The notes beneath the pieces are model-generated. The model was not told the origin of the DNA, searched no databases, and saw nothing but the letters and a program-made list of their open reading frames with translations. A stretch of DNA of 64,000 nucleotides from Octopus sinensis (Eukaryota): contig NC_043009.1 in NCBI RefSeq assembly GCF_006345805.1, positions 58,776,001-58,840,000 of the forward strand. Reading direction: 5' to 3'. This document shows, piece after piece, positions 13,361 to 27,205 of this stretch; the first letter of the stretch is position 1, and each line of letters begins with the position of its first letter. A program made the position numbers and the translations under genes.

Positions 13361-13956
13361 CAGTTGCGTCCAAAATGTTCAGAACCGCATTGTTTTCGCC
13401 AAAAAAAGTAAGTATAAGTTTTTATCAAAGTTGTTTTATATTCTATAATTTTTACACACAATAAATACAATATTAATTGTTATTGTCTGAGATTTTAGTG
13501 TAATTTGAGAGGATAATACAAAAGTTATGGATGATTTAGTGATTTACTGTAAAACCCATGGCGGCCAAAATGATCAGAACGGTTGAAAAAATAACAAAAT
13601 AATTAAAAATGACAGAGGATACTGGAATTATCACACTTTGACATCTTCGACTGCACGAGGAAATTTCTTGCTAGGTGATCTTATTCCATCCTTTCTTGCT
13701 AGGTGATCTTATTCCATCCTTCCTGAAGGTCATTCCATAATTGCTCGGTTGTTTTAGGATGTCTGGCTTTCAAACGTTCTCCTAGAATATTCCACACATT
13801 TTCAATAGGATTGAGATCTGTGCTTTGAGCAGACGAATCCATAATAATAACCTTTTCAGCTTTGAGGAAGTTCATGACCACCTTAGCCTTGTGACATGGG
13901 GCATTGTCCTGCATGAATATGGGTGGTCGCTTAGTTGAATTTCTCAGCACAGGCAC
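13361..13956 (-). mobile_element. Tc1-family transposon 3' fragment (DD34E), IR/DR-like end
   Basis: ORF QDNAPCH...DLNPIENVW has 34 residues between D and E. The terminal repeat TA|cagttgcgtccaaaatgttcagaacc starts at 13361, with an inner repeat ccaaaatgatcagaacgg near 13565. Confidence 0.85.
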
Positions 13957-14265
13957 ATCATAATAATCACCATCATCATCATAATCATAATCATCAGCAT
14001 GATCCTCATCATCGTCATCATCATAATACTCATTCTCATCATCATCAACATCATCAACATAATCATCATCATCAGCATCATCGTCAACATAATAAACATC
14101 TTCGTCATCATCATAATCATCATCATCATCATCATAATCATCATCATCATCATCATCGTCGTCGTCGTCGTCATTGTAATCATCATCTTCGTCTCCATCA
14201 TCATCATCGTCATCATCATCATCCTGACTATCAGCATAGAATCGTTTTTCCCCCCATTGTTATCA
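13957..14265. repeat. (ATC/ATA)n degenerate trinucleotide tract
   Basis: Direct inspection; source of the poly-H/M/I ORFs. Confidence 0.95.
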
Positions 14266-14558
14266 CCACAACCATCAATTTTTCTCTAGACTAAATTATT
14301 ATGTTTATTTTCTCTTCCTTGAATTTAAGTAATAAAATTCTTCAAGATTCGCCAACGTCACACTTACGTGGGAAAGCATCGTCTTACACGAAGTCGTTGT
14401 CCGTTTCATTTAACTCACATTCTTCCCCGCTCTCCTGATTCTTTCCCGCATCTCTCTGTCTCCTCTTCTTCTCTGGCTATGTGCATGAACACACGAAGCA
14501 ACATTGTTTTACATTCGAAGTAAGCCTTATATTTACATATATAATACTAAACACAGAC

Positions 14559-14594
<36 letters not shown>

Positions 14595-15942
14595 TAGAAT
14601 AAGCACATAAACGTGAAACAAGGTGGAAAGAAGAGTACTCGAATACCGGAGGTACTGTAGTATGCTTCAGGAGTAAAGCTGCAAAGACGTCACAAATTAT
14701 TTTTTTATGTCTTTGCAGCTTTATTAATAAAGAACATATATATATACAATCTTTATAAGCAAACCAGAAGGGTTTCTAAATTACGGAGCCATGTAAGGGT
14801 TGATTTGTGGCTTCGATTCTGGCTTCGCTTAGCTCATCAATTTTCACTCGACTGTTTATATATAAACGTCGTTTTAAATCCGAGGATACATACATATATA
14901 TATATAATCAGCCGAAATTTTCTATGATGATCCGGTTTCCGACTGAAGATTAAAGGCTTCGAATGACCCGTCCGTTTTTTGTGTTCGTCTCTTTGTGTAT
15001 TTCACGTTCTTGTTTTTTTATATATAATTTTTATACCTATATATATATATATATATACTAGCCCATATATATATACATATATACACATGTATACGCCTAG
15101 ATATCCACGAAAGACAATCTTAGATACAGGGCGTTCGTATACATACACGTACACACACACACTCTTAAATATAAGTGTGTATGCATCAGAGATAAATTTT
15201 TATGTTATTTTATGTTTTTTTTTTAAGGTTGTATTTTGATAATATAATCCGCGTCACTCATTCTTTTCGTTCACTTTGTAGCCTCCACCCAACAACTCAT
15301 TAATTTAATGGACACTGTTTGTGAAGAGGTTCCTGGATTAGACAAATGAAGACGGGTGCTGCACTGTATATATATTCAATTAACTCATATATCTAATTAA
15401 CGAACAAAAGACGATCACGCGCACACTCATACACGCATAAATATAGAGAGATATGCATCGTAACATGCGTAGTGATAAACACTAAATAAATACAGTTGTA
15501 GAAGCATTAGCAAAATCATATAGGCTCATCGACACAATCTGACGCATGCGCTATCACATATCCATGCACACGTATCTATGAATTCTCAATAGTTGTATAA
15601 ACATAAGAGCTTTTCAAATATATGTTAAATATTCTAATAGAAATGACTTCAATGATTTCCGATGCGTTTCTGGTCAAAAACAAAACCTCTGTTGCCGATG
15701 GTAGTATTTTACTGTCAATGCATTTAGTGAACGTCTGTACGTACATGAGTGTGAACGTATATAGGTGTTTTTATGTTCGTTTAGAAATGCATCTGTGCCT
15801 GAAATTGTACGACTAAATGCATGTACACCTAATTGCATGTAAATTATATATGTATACATACATACAGAGAGAGAGAGAGAGAGAGAGAGAATGAGAGATA
15901 GTTTGATAGATGTACATACATATATATATATATATATATATA

Positions 15943-16195
15943 CTTTTTTCCTTCTCGAGACAGTCCTGGCTCATAGGGCCGGTGTCCCGGTTTTCTTGGC
16001 GTATAGGTCCCCCACCTCGACGGGACGCCGGTCCGTAGCAGGTGAGCTGCAAGATGCAGGAGGAAAGAGTAAGAGAAAGTTGTGGCGAAAGAATCAGCAG
16101 AAGTTCGCCATTACCTTCTGCCAGAGCTACGCGGAGTTTAGGTGTTTCGCTCATAAACACACACACACCGGCCGGTCTGAGATTCGAACCCACGA
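15943..16195 (-). mobile_element. SINE family D (B-box head remnant)
   Basis: Reverse complement begins tcgtgggttcgaatctc (B box). Its tail tggggacctatacgcca...accggccctatga resembles the tail of 59682-59921. Confidence 0.6.
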
Positions 16196-16761
16196 ATATA
16201 TAGGCGGGGGAGAGTGTATGCTTTTGTGTAAGTGAGTGTGTATATGTGTGTGTGGGCTGAAAATGTACTGTAAGCTTTTAAAAGATCACCTACCAACTGA
16301 CACTATATTTGAAAATCTTAACTTTGTGAAACTGGTTAAGGATATCCTAATAACTCTTGTTATACATTCCAATATATCTTGAGCGTTTTTTTTTTTTTTC
16401 AGCCACATCTCAAAAAGAATGTGATATATTATAGTTTCCCTCGTGCGAATATCACCTATTTCCTGTATTTATGCATATATACGCACGCATACACACCGTC
16501 ACACACATATATTCATAGACACACACGCACACTTACATATATGTATACCCGCACGTCCAAGTGTATATGCAAACTTTGTGTGCCTATGCACTTAAAACGG
16601 ATAAGTAATTTCGCGCTATTTAAACCGAATCTTTTCGTAAATATTCATAAGAAATTTTGCTCTTACTCTCTATATTTTTGGTTCGGTATCCATTCCGTAT
16701 ACATATATGCATGCACACACTCACACCAACTCATACATACATATATGCATTGATATATACG

Positions 16762-16794
<33 letters not shown>

Positions 16795-16901
16795 CTCTAT
16801 ATATAGATATGTCTTATATATAGTTAATTCAAAAGCGAAAAGAAAAGCAAAAGAGGACGTGGCATATATATATACACGCACATATGTATGTATATATATA
16901 C

Positions 16902-17068
<167 letters not shown>

Positions 17069-17747
17069 CATACATACATACATATATGTGTGTATGTGTT
17101 CGTCTCCTTGTGACTATGTGTTTATCTACTGATATGGTTAATAGATATTCTTGGATATATTAAAGCTTGTAGGTCATTAACCAAATATAGGTCTCGATAC
17201 TGAAAGGACGGTGAACCATTTGTAAGTACAATAGTGTAAATGACATGAAATTATCGCCCAAGATGGCGTCTTACTCTATCAGGAAAAAGTATATTGCTGT
17301 TAAGTGTGTAAATTCTATTGGGATGAAGTGAATTAGATACAATTTATACTAAAAAGCTGTACTGTCTGATACACAGAATGAACTGTATATATATGAGATG
17401 TGTTTCATGAACGAACAGCATTTCAGTTTATTTTTATCCGGATGGAACGAGTGTATATTTGGAACGTCTGAAACGGTTATTTAAATATCATACATAGACA
17501 TATAAGTATACATATATGTGTGTGTATAGATGCATATACATATATATATATATGTCTATGTATGTATATGTATATGTATATGTATGTATATGTATATGTA
17601 TATGTGTATGTATATATATGTATATATATATATATGTCTATGTATGTATATGTATATGTATATGTATGTATATGTATATGTATGTATATGTATATGTGTA
17701 TGTATATATTATGTAGTGTACGTATAAATTATGTATGTATATATATG

Positions 17748-17788
<41 letters not shown>

Positions 17789-17963
17789 ATCTTTATGTGT
17801 CTAGATATAGATATGTATGTATAAATATATATATATATTAGATAGAAAGTTAGATAGGTAGATATAGATAGATAAATAGATAGATAGATGGATAGATCGA
17901 GCAATATATAGATAGATAGTTAGATATATATATATATACAGATAGATAGATAGATAGACAGAC

Positions 17964-18073
<110 letters not shown>

Positions 18074-18259
18074 GCAGACAGGTGACAGAGAGAGAGGGGG
18101 GCAGTGGATTTGGAAACATTGTTCGGACGGCTTTTTAAGTATATTTACGCGTATATTTGATGACTATTAATTTAGTATAGAACTGTAACGGGATAAAATG
18201 TTACCATAATAATTGATTAGTCTCTAACTGCTGTTATAGTAATACTAATAATAAAACTG

Positions 18260-18314
<55 letters not shown>

Positions 18315-18943
18315 TAATAACAACGACAACTACAACAAAAATAATAATATATTTGAGGTATATAGATATTGAATCAGTTTTATGTTATTGCAAAATAGCC
18401 GCATCGTTTTAATATTTTATTATCGTTAGGATTTAGGATAAGGAAATACTAAAAATAAAAGCGAAATTTATCTATTTTCCAATATATATTATTTATAAGG
18501 GTTAACAACTTAGTGTTATGTTTGAGATATGATGATAATTTATTTTGACTACAAGAAAATTATATATGATTTAGGTGTGAATAAAATAAGAAACTCCCAA
18601 ATACACCAATTAGCTAATATTATTCAATACTTATAGCATAATAATATTCACTGTCTTTTGACTGAAAGAACATATGTCGTAATGTAAAAGGCTACGAATC
18701 GTCACTACTCTCTTAACCTTCGTCTTGTTTTAGTCAATAAACCGCAGCCATCGTTTTACACTAACTTGAAGGTGATTTTTATAGATCATGCTTATCTCAG
18801 TTTTTATTCTATAAATGTAGTACATATTTCCATATTGTACAGTAGAAATCGCAGATAACGGTTGATTATTTTCAAGGGATATGAATCCTACACATAAAAA
18901 TAGAAGCAAGCCTTAAAAACAGACACAGAAACATTTATATGTA

Positions 18944-19153
18944 CGAGGGGGTACTGTAAATTTCCTGGCCTTAAGGCTATTTCGAAATGCCTTGTTGGAG
19001 GCCGAAAATTTTGAGGGTTTATTTTTTCTTTTAACAAGGCTTAGAAAAACTGAAGGACCGCTGCAATAAGTAAGAGAATCTGAGAAGGGAATATTCTGAA
19101 TAAAATTATAATTAAATGATCCTCCTGCATTCTCCTGTATTCTTTTTTACCCA
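18944..19153 (+). mobile_element. Internally deleted mariner-like element (MITE-like)
   Basis: Starts TA|cgagggggtactg and carries a mariner C-terminal remnant GLEKLKDRCNK*ENLRREYSE*. The right end runs into (TCTA)n. A similar start TA|cgaggggtgtatgaaaagt lies near 31708. Confidence 0.6.
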
Positions 19154-19227
<74 letters not shown>

Positions 19228-19505
19228 ACTATATATATATATCATTGTTTCACTTACGCATAACGATACGAATAACGTTAGATTTCAATATACGTTTGTT
19301 TCGGAACAAAGAGGACACAGCATAAGTTGATACACAAAACAGTCGGATCTGAGTTCACAGCAATCTATTGGACAAACAGCTCTAAGCTTATGAACTTCAT
19401 TGCATAATTTTCTGTTCCTTTGGCATGTATTCAATTTTATATATATGTATATACCTATCTATCTGTCTAACTACTTCGCTCTCTCTATACATATACACAC
19501 ATATG

Positions 19506-19623
<118 letters not shown>

Positions 19624-19712
19624 CACACATATATACATATATATACATATATATACACATATATACATATATATATGTGAGTACGTGTATAGAGAGAGAG
19701 AGAGAGAGTGAC

Positions 19713-19798
<86 letters not shown>

Positions 19799-21117
19799 GG
19801 ATAATAGATAGATAGATGAGTATGTTTCGGTACGCAGATGGAGACTATAATACAACATCTGTATTTCTCTCACGAATTTTACTCATCAGTCACTTGGTGG
19901 TCGGAAGGTAGAGTTCAAGACACTTGTCAAAAAACTCCGCGTCGGCACTGAACACGTTACAGAGTTGCAGTAAAACAAACTTTTAAGTAAAGCCCGCATC
20001 CTTAAAATATAAATCTATGCCTTTCAATTACATTTATAATTATAGAAAATTTTAATGATAGAAAAATTGTGAAGACTATTGAATTTGAGAAAAATACAAC
20101 TCACTAATGTTATATAAAATGTTTTAGTTAAACAAAATATTGTCTTTTTTTCCTGTAGATATTGAGAATTTTTCTATTTAAGAGACGAAAAGTTTTCAAA
20201 ATCGATATAAAGTCATAAAAATGACTCCCTCACAAACACACACAAACTCTCTTTCTTTCTTTCTCTCACTCCCTTTCCTCCTCTCTCTGTTGATGAAAAA
20301 ATGCGAAGACGGGAAATATAATTTAATCACACAAAGTTTGGTTTTATAGGTGTGCATGTAAAAACAGAAATAATGTTTGTTCACAAAAGGTAGTATTTTA
20401 ACTACTTGAAACAATGATAGTAAATGTTATAAGGGCAGAAAAATTACCGATCAAAAGTAAAAAAATTGATACAAACTCGAAAACAAAGTCACATTGTATA
20501 AATTTGATCAAATAATGTCTCATAAATTTTTAATTATTACGATTTTAGACTTATAAGAATATGAAGGCGAAATATCAAAAATATATACAATGAACAACAG
20601 TTTATTTTTCAATAATAATCGATTTGAAATATTTATTTATGCTATGTAAATGTAATTGCTTCAAACAATATGATACAATATAATGACAATATGAATACAC
20701 TGTGAATACATTGTATAAAGAATATATGAATATAAGAGGAATGGAAATTATGTACAAAGAACTTGTGACAAATAATCGATATGAAATTTAAGTTTGATAG
20801 AAGAGGTGAAGACGGGAAAATAATACGTTGATATAATAAATGACAATGGATGGCGGAGGCTGGTTTAGTCTCACGTAGTTCGTGGATATCATAGTTAGAT
20901 ATATATTTCGGTCATAGGATTCAGGTCCCAGTACTTAGTTTGAATTCTGGTACATATTTTATCGATCTCTTTCGCCAAAGTGTTTTGTTACAGGGATTTA
21001 CATAAAACAGCACCGGTTATCAAGCTGTACTGGAGAACAAGTACAAACACCCACGCACAGCACACATACATACGCACACTCTCAAACGCACGCATACATG
21101 TAATATTACTACGGCAC

Positions 21118-21310
21118 TACGTCGGTTACGACGACCCCGAGGGTTCCAGTTAAACCAATCAACGGAAGAACCTGCCCGTGAAATTAACGTGCAAGTGACT
21201 GAGCATTCCACAGACACGTGTATCTTTAACGTAGTTCTCGGAGAGATTCAGCGTGACACATAGTATGACAAGGCTGGCCCTTTGAAATACAGGGGACAAC
21301 AGAAATAAAG
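21118..21310 (+). mobile_element. 3' part of another interspersed repeat (SINE family E)
   Basis: cgtcggttacgacgac...gaaattaacgtgcaagtgactgagc...ctttgaaatacagg. I recall this as an abundant octopus repeat; there is only one copy in this window. Confidence 0.4.
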
Positions 21311-21379
21311 TTACGGTGAAAGAGTACAGCAATGTCCGCCACCACCACCTGCCGGAGCTTCGTGAAGCTTTAAGTGTTT

Positions 21380-21620
21380 ATATGTATGTATATATGTGTG
21401 TGTATGTGTTTGTGTGTCTGTGTTTGTCCCCACCAACATCGCTTGACAACCGACGGTGGTGTGTTTACGCCCCCGTAACTTAGCGGTTCGGCAAAAGAGA
21501 CCGATACAATAAGTACTAGCCTTCCAAAGAATAACTTCTGGGGGTCGATTTGATCGGCTCAAGGCGGTGCTCCAGCATGGCTGTAGTGAAATGACTGAAA
21601 CAAGTAAAAGAGTAAGAGAG
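21380..21620 (+). mobile_element. SINE family B, 3' half
   Basis: Matches 58400-58634, including the ggcggtgctccagcatggc tail and the gtaaaaga terminal repeats. Confidence 0.85.
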
Positions 21621-23951
21621 TAATTGTTTAAAATTCTATGTCTATGATAGAAGTACTGTGTGGCGCTTAATTTGCTCTTGGTTAAGAAACCATATTAAAT
21701 GATTCAGAGTTGTAAGGTTGACAAATCTTTTTTAACATTATGGTATGGTTTCCAAAAGAATGGTGATCTCTATTTTATGTAAAATGTGTTGCTTGTCTTT
21801 TAAATTCCCTCTGTAGCTCGACAAAGACGTATTGCATCTCTATTTAGATTTCTAAAAGCATATTCATAAGATTCAGTGTGAAATGCTTTGTTCGTTAATC
21901 CTGCAAACAATTTTGAGTTTGAATGTATGTTAACAGAGACACAATAATCCAATCATTTGCTTTGCAATTACCTCCTAAGGACAATGATTGTCATCGTATA
22001 ATTACTCTTATGTGTGTTATGATTACAATGATGTGTATTTAATTTATATTGATTCCAGTCCGCTAGTATTTGCGCAAACCTATATGTAGCCGAGGAATAT
22101 TTTGGTTAAAGAGCATGTAGTATTTGCGGTTAGGGATAAATATTTAACGAGCAGTTTAGCTACTTGTAAATTATACAGATGAATTTAAGATACAAAGGAT
22201 CTTTGTCAACGATAAATTTATATTGCCGGTAATTGTAGTTATATTGAAGGTTTTAATTTGGATTATCAAATAATGTATATTGGAATTTACAATGCATCGA
22301 AGAAATTTGCAAGTTTCAGGGTTTTCTTCACCTGTTATTCAAGACCTTAAGTGTTTGACAATATTACAATATTATAACGGTTCTTATGAATTCTACCAGC
22401 AGTTAGTGATTAAAGATACATAATATCAACAATAGATTATCTTAACGGAATAAACATTGAGGCATATCTGTGGATCTTGTACGCAAGATGTTCCAAATAT
22501 GTAAATCAACAATAGCGCTGACCTCGGCTGTATGCTTTGAACCCATACTTACTCTGAATAGAACTAAATTAAGCTGCTTAATCTGAATATGATAGTGAAA
22601 GTGAAAGGAAAGCAATTATTTTCTCGCTTGAAAGATAACTTCAATAGCAGACTTCTTCACAGGCGTTACTTTTCGACGAGTAAGTGGAACAGAAGGAATA
22701 TGTTATGTGATAAAAGCATAGCAATCTTACATATCAAAAGTGCCAATTCTCTGTACTGGATTATTTGAAGCCACTGGATTATACAGTGTCTTTGAAGTGT
22801 TTTAGAAAGGTGCACGGAATCCGGACTTCAATTTACTCCTGATACAATCAAATATATGTGAGCTCTTAACTCTAATAACTGTTTTCAAATGCAATGTTAT
22901 TCTGCCAAGGGAATGATTGGTAAAATTAGAGGATGGCCTTTAAAAGTAAAATGTGATTCTTACATTAGAAATACAGTCATTATCATAATTTTCAACGATA
23001 ATCTTAACATTATGATACAAGGTCCTTCCCAAGCTGATGTTCGCCATTGAATACTATACTGATATCATCCCCTAAAATTACCAATTCTATCCTTCTATCT
23101 GCCTTGCGACATCCTCGATTGATTAAACCTGTTTATGTCCGACTCTGTTTTGTACACAACTACGCCTACCTGCCGCCAATATTTAGACAACATAATATGG
23201 CCGCTTCCGTTTAATTGTCTCAATATTTTAATGATATCTTTATATTATTTTGCTCACTTATCCTTTCACGATTTTCAGTCTCTTTAATAATTCCTAAAGT
23301 AGTTCTGTCATACTTCATGTTATATTCTATGATTCTATTCCATATTTAGTTATATTCCTTTGACCTATGGTTTTGCCCTATAAATCATTGCCGGTATGAA
23401 ACACCAGTTTTAGCGCTTCGGGTATATTGCCATCTTATTTTTTGCTGTCACTTAATTTATCAAAAGTATACCAAAGCGCCTGGTTTCGTTCTGTTCGTTA
23501 CTCTAAAGGGCTGTATTCAACTTTTAACAGACGTCCAACATAAATGTATTTTCCGTTGCTATTTTATTAACATTGCTGACTTGGGTGAGTTCACTTGTTG
23601 CATGGCTATTGAACATCACTTGTGTTTTCATCATATTTATTTTTAGTCTCGCCTTGTTGCTTTCGCTGTTCAGTTCATTTAGTTTCTGTTCCAGTTCCTG
23701 AACAACGTTTGAGAAAGTGGCTATGACATCAACAAAGCGTAAATAACAACAACAACGACAAAGACAAAAAGGTCGGTATTTGTTTATTTATTTGTTATTT
23801 CATTTAAGCTTTTCAAAGACGCCTGCCAGTGCAGCATTAAAGAGTTTGGGCAATATTATGTCCCGTTGTTTAACTCTACACCAATATTGATTATTTTGCT
23901 TTCAGTATGAAGTCTTATAGATGATATTCCATGGTAATAAAGTATCATAGT

Positions 23952-23988
<37 letters not shown>

Positions 23989-23989
23989 A

Positions 23990-24050
<61 letters not shown>

Positions 24051-27000
24051 TATGTATATATATTTATATGTATATATATATGCATATATATATGTATATG
24101 TATATGTATATATGTATATATATATATGTGTGTGTGTGTATATATATATATAATATATGTATATATATATTTGTATGTATATATATATATATATGTATAT
24201 ATATATTTGTATGTATATATTTGTATGTATATATATATATATGTGTGTGTGTAAATATAACTTTGATGTACTCCCTTGTGAATGACCACTTCAAGTACAA
24301 CCCTGTCATCATTGCTAAAATCTGTGACAATATCTTTAACGTTAATATCAATATTTCGTAATAGGTTTTTAGATGAATTGGTGAAGAACCAGTGGTGGTT
24401 TTTCTTCTTTATTTTGCAAAAACATTTTTATTTGTTTCATCGGAATTCACAAAAAAACGTTATTGTTATATTTTATTGATTTATTTTATTTTTATTGTGC
24501 TTTTAAAGATAGCTGGTACAGCAACTCAATTTGTGTTTTCTAATTAAGAGGAAAGGGTCATTTTCGAATGGTCGAATCAATTAGATTTGAGGTAGACATT
24601 TAATAGTTTTAAAAGCAATGTTTTGTATCATCTGCATGTAGTTATTTATTTTTTAAAAAAGGAAATCAAAATGTTTTATCAAGAGAAACAGAGGGACATA
24701 TTAATTTTTCGCAAAAATATACGAAGATGATACCAAAAACAGTTTCCATTGTAAAAGCTTTAAATGAACACCATCTCAATCTCACATTAATGTAATCAGT
24801 TAATGGCGCCTTATTTCACAAAATCAGAAATATAAAGAAATATAAAGTTCAGATCTAGAACCACCTCTACCAAGAAGACAAATATAATAAATTGGAAAAG
24901 AAAAATACGAGTAACAATGTTTTCATAACTGCAGATGCAAAATCAACACAAAATACAAATAGCAATATCACTTCAACACGCTAACTAAACAAAACAGACG
25001 TGATTAATCGAGTTCAAATTTAATACAAAGAAAACAAATGACGACATTTTAAATTACATTATTACTAATGATATAAATTTGACACGAATTTAGTCATACA
25101 TTACAAGATTAAAGCAACTAACAATACAAGAACCATGCTTCACCTTTAAAGATCATGAACCTGAATTCATCAATGCATACCTTAAACAGAATGTGCGTTC
25201 CATTAAATTTAGATATTGAAATTATTTGAAAAGTATATTAGGTCCAATCAGTCCTGAATAAATTGGTAGTTTCGATACCTTTCGTCCTCTGTAGAGTAAT
25301 GACGACTTCGGAATTCAAGAATTAAACGAAGCCTTGAGAAAACTACTGATAGGTCCCACATGAACATCTGTAATTCCGTCAAATACTCAAGGTTCTAAAT
25401 ATCATTTGAGCACCGGTTTAATTAGGGAAAATTCTTTTGTGTCCTTTAACGTTTATATCTCATATGTGTCATGCAAAAAAATACATAACAAAAGGGAAAC
25501 ATACAGAAAAGATATATTTTCAGTATAAGTTTAGTACACATTAATTTTACATCATACAATGTGTCTATAAAACATTATAACATTTTAGTTATCAAGCTGG
25601 TTCTCAACAATGCATCTGCCTATTGTAATGAAGTAATTAAGCGTACAAAGTCGTCAATATATGTTATAATTTAACATTAAATTCTTTTGTAGCAACTCCC
25701 GTAACAAAATCTTAGTTAAGTATGTTCACGTATCAGAATTTATTGCTTCTATCACGAGCGAATAGCCTTAAATTTAGGGAAGGTTTTATTATGGATACTC
25801 TACACCTTAATGTTTGACCTCAACTTTATTTTAGCCACGCTAAAGAAACAGTAGGGAGACAAAGATGATCTTTGCAGAATATCAACTCAAAAACTAAGGA
25901 GCTGTAAAAGGGAATCACACAAAATTTTCTCGACGATCTAACCGTTCTGCCAATCCAATATAAAGAAGTAAAACAAATTCTACGGAAATTATTTTTACAG
26001 TGCACTCGAATTACACATTGTTTCTATAATTTCTACAAAATGACAAACCCAGACCAATTAAAATTAAACACACTACATATCTCGTGAGGGATGCAGCAAA
26101 ATTATGCCAATGGTAAACACATGCACTGTTTATACTTCACTTCATTATCATTTATTTGCCAGTTAGTTAATTATTTAAACAAATTATCGATTGTTTTGAT
26201 TAATCGTTCGTTTAATCAATCTGTCAGTTCGATTTGTGAAAGTCGTTTCGTCGCCATTCGTGACCTCAGCAATAACATACCTTAACCGAAAGACTAATCT
26301 AGCAATCAGTCAGTTACTTGGTTAAATATTTAACCGAGTTGTAAATTAACAAACGAATAAAATAGAACCAGCGTTTATTTGTGTGTGTGTATTATTGGCA
26401 TAACGATCCTACCGAAGCAAAACAAAAACTATGCTTCATCGCACGTGTCATCATAGGAGATCAGATCTAATTGTCTTGCGTAACAGTTGTTTCGTTGTTA
26501 CTAGCTACAAACCAGAATTATGTTTTGACATTACCAACACACATTTGACCTCAACATCACATATCGATTTAAAGGTCACTTCATATAAAATTTTCGTTTG
26601 TTAACAGCTGTTTAGAATTCCTAATGAAAAAAAAGGAAAGTGCTTATCAAGAATCGTTTCGAATTTAATGTCGACAAAGATATTATTTATGCGAAAGAGA
26701 AAAACATTTGAATGCTTTTGAAAGCCATATTACAATTAAAACTTTGTCATCACTTTCCCACATACATATTTTTAGAAATTCCATTTTCAAACCTCTAACT
26801 AATTAAACGTCATTCATAATTAACATCATTAAGCAGACAGAGAATTTTAAAACATGACAATATTTCAAATATACTCCCAGCCACAGAACACAGACACACG
26901 TATGCACACACACACACACACACACACGTATGCACACACACACACACACGTATGCACACACACACACACACATATACAAACACACAGACATGCACACAGA

Positions 27001-27160
27001 CGTAATCTTTTCCAGAGTAATAACAAATCACTGGTCCAAACACTAGTAGAACTATAAACCCATGCACATAAGTTTTATAATAGCTTTCTCCAGATATATA
27101 GTCTGTGAAAAATAGTTATAGTCGATATGAGATGCATTGGGCATATTGTGAATTACTTGA

Positions 27161-27205
27161 GGCGCTGATGAAAGGACAATAATCCTAGAAATATGTATCT
27201 ACATC
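27161..27205 (+). ncRNA. Degenerate type I hammerhead ribozyme motif
   Basis: CTGATGA a agga-caataa-tcct a GAAA tatgta TC. Core and stem II are intact; stem I is decayed. Confidence 0.45.

Noticed and set aside
21816-21870. RRIASLFRF reading as an LFRFamide-type neuropeptide
   Set aside because: There is no Gly amidation donor or downstream basic cleavage site, and no precursor context.
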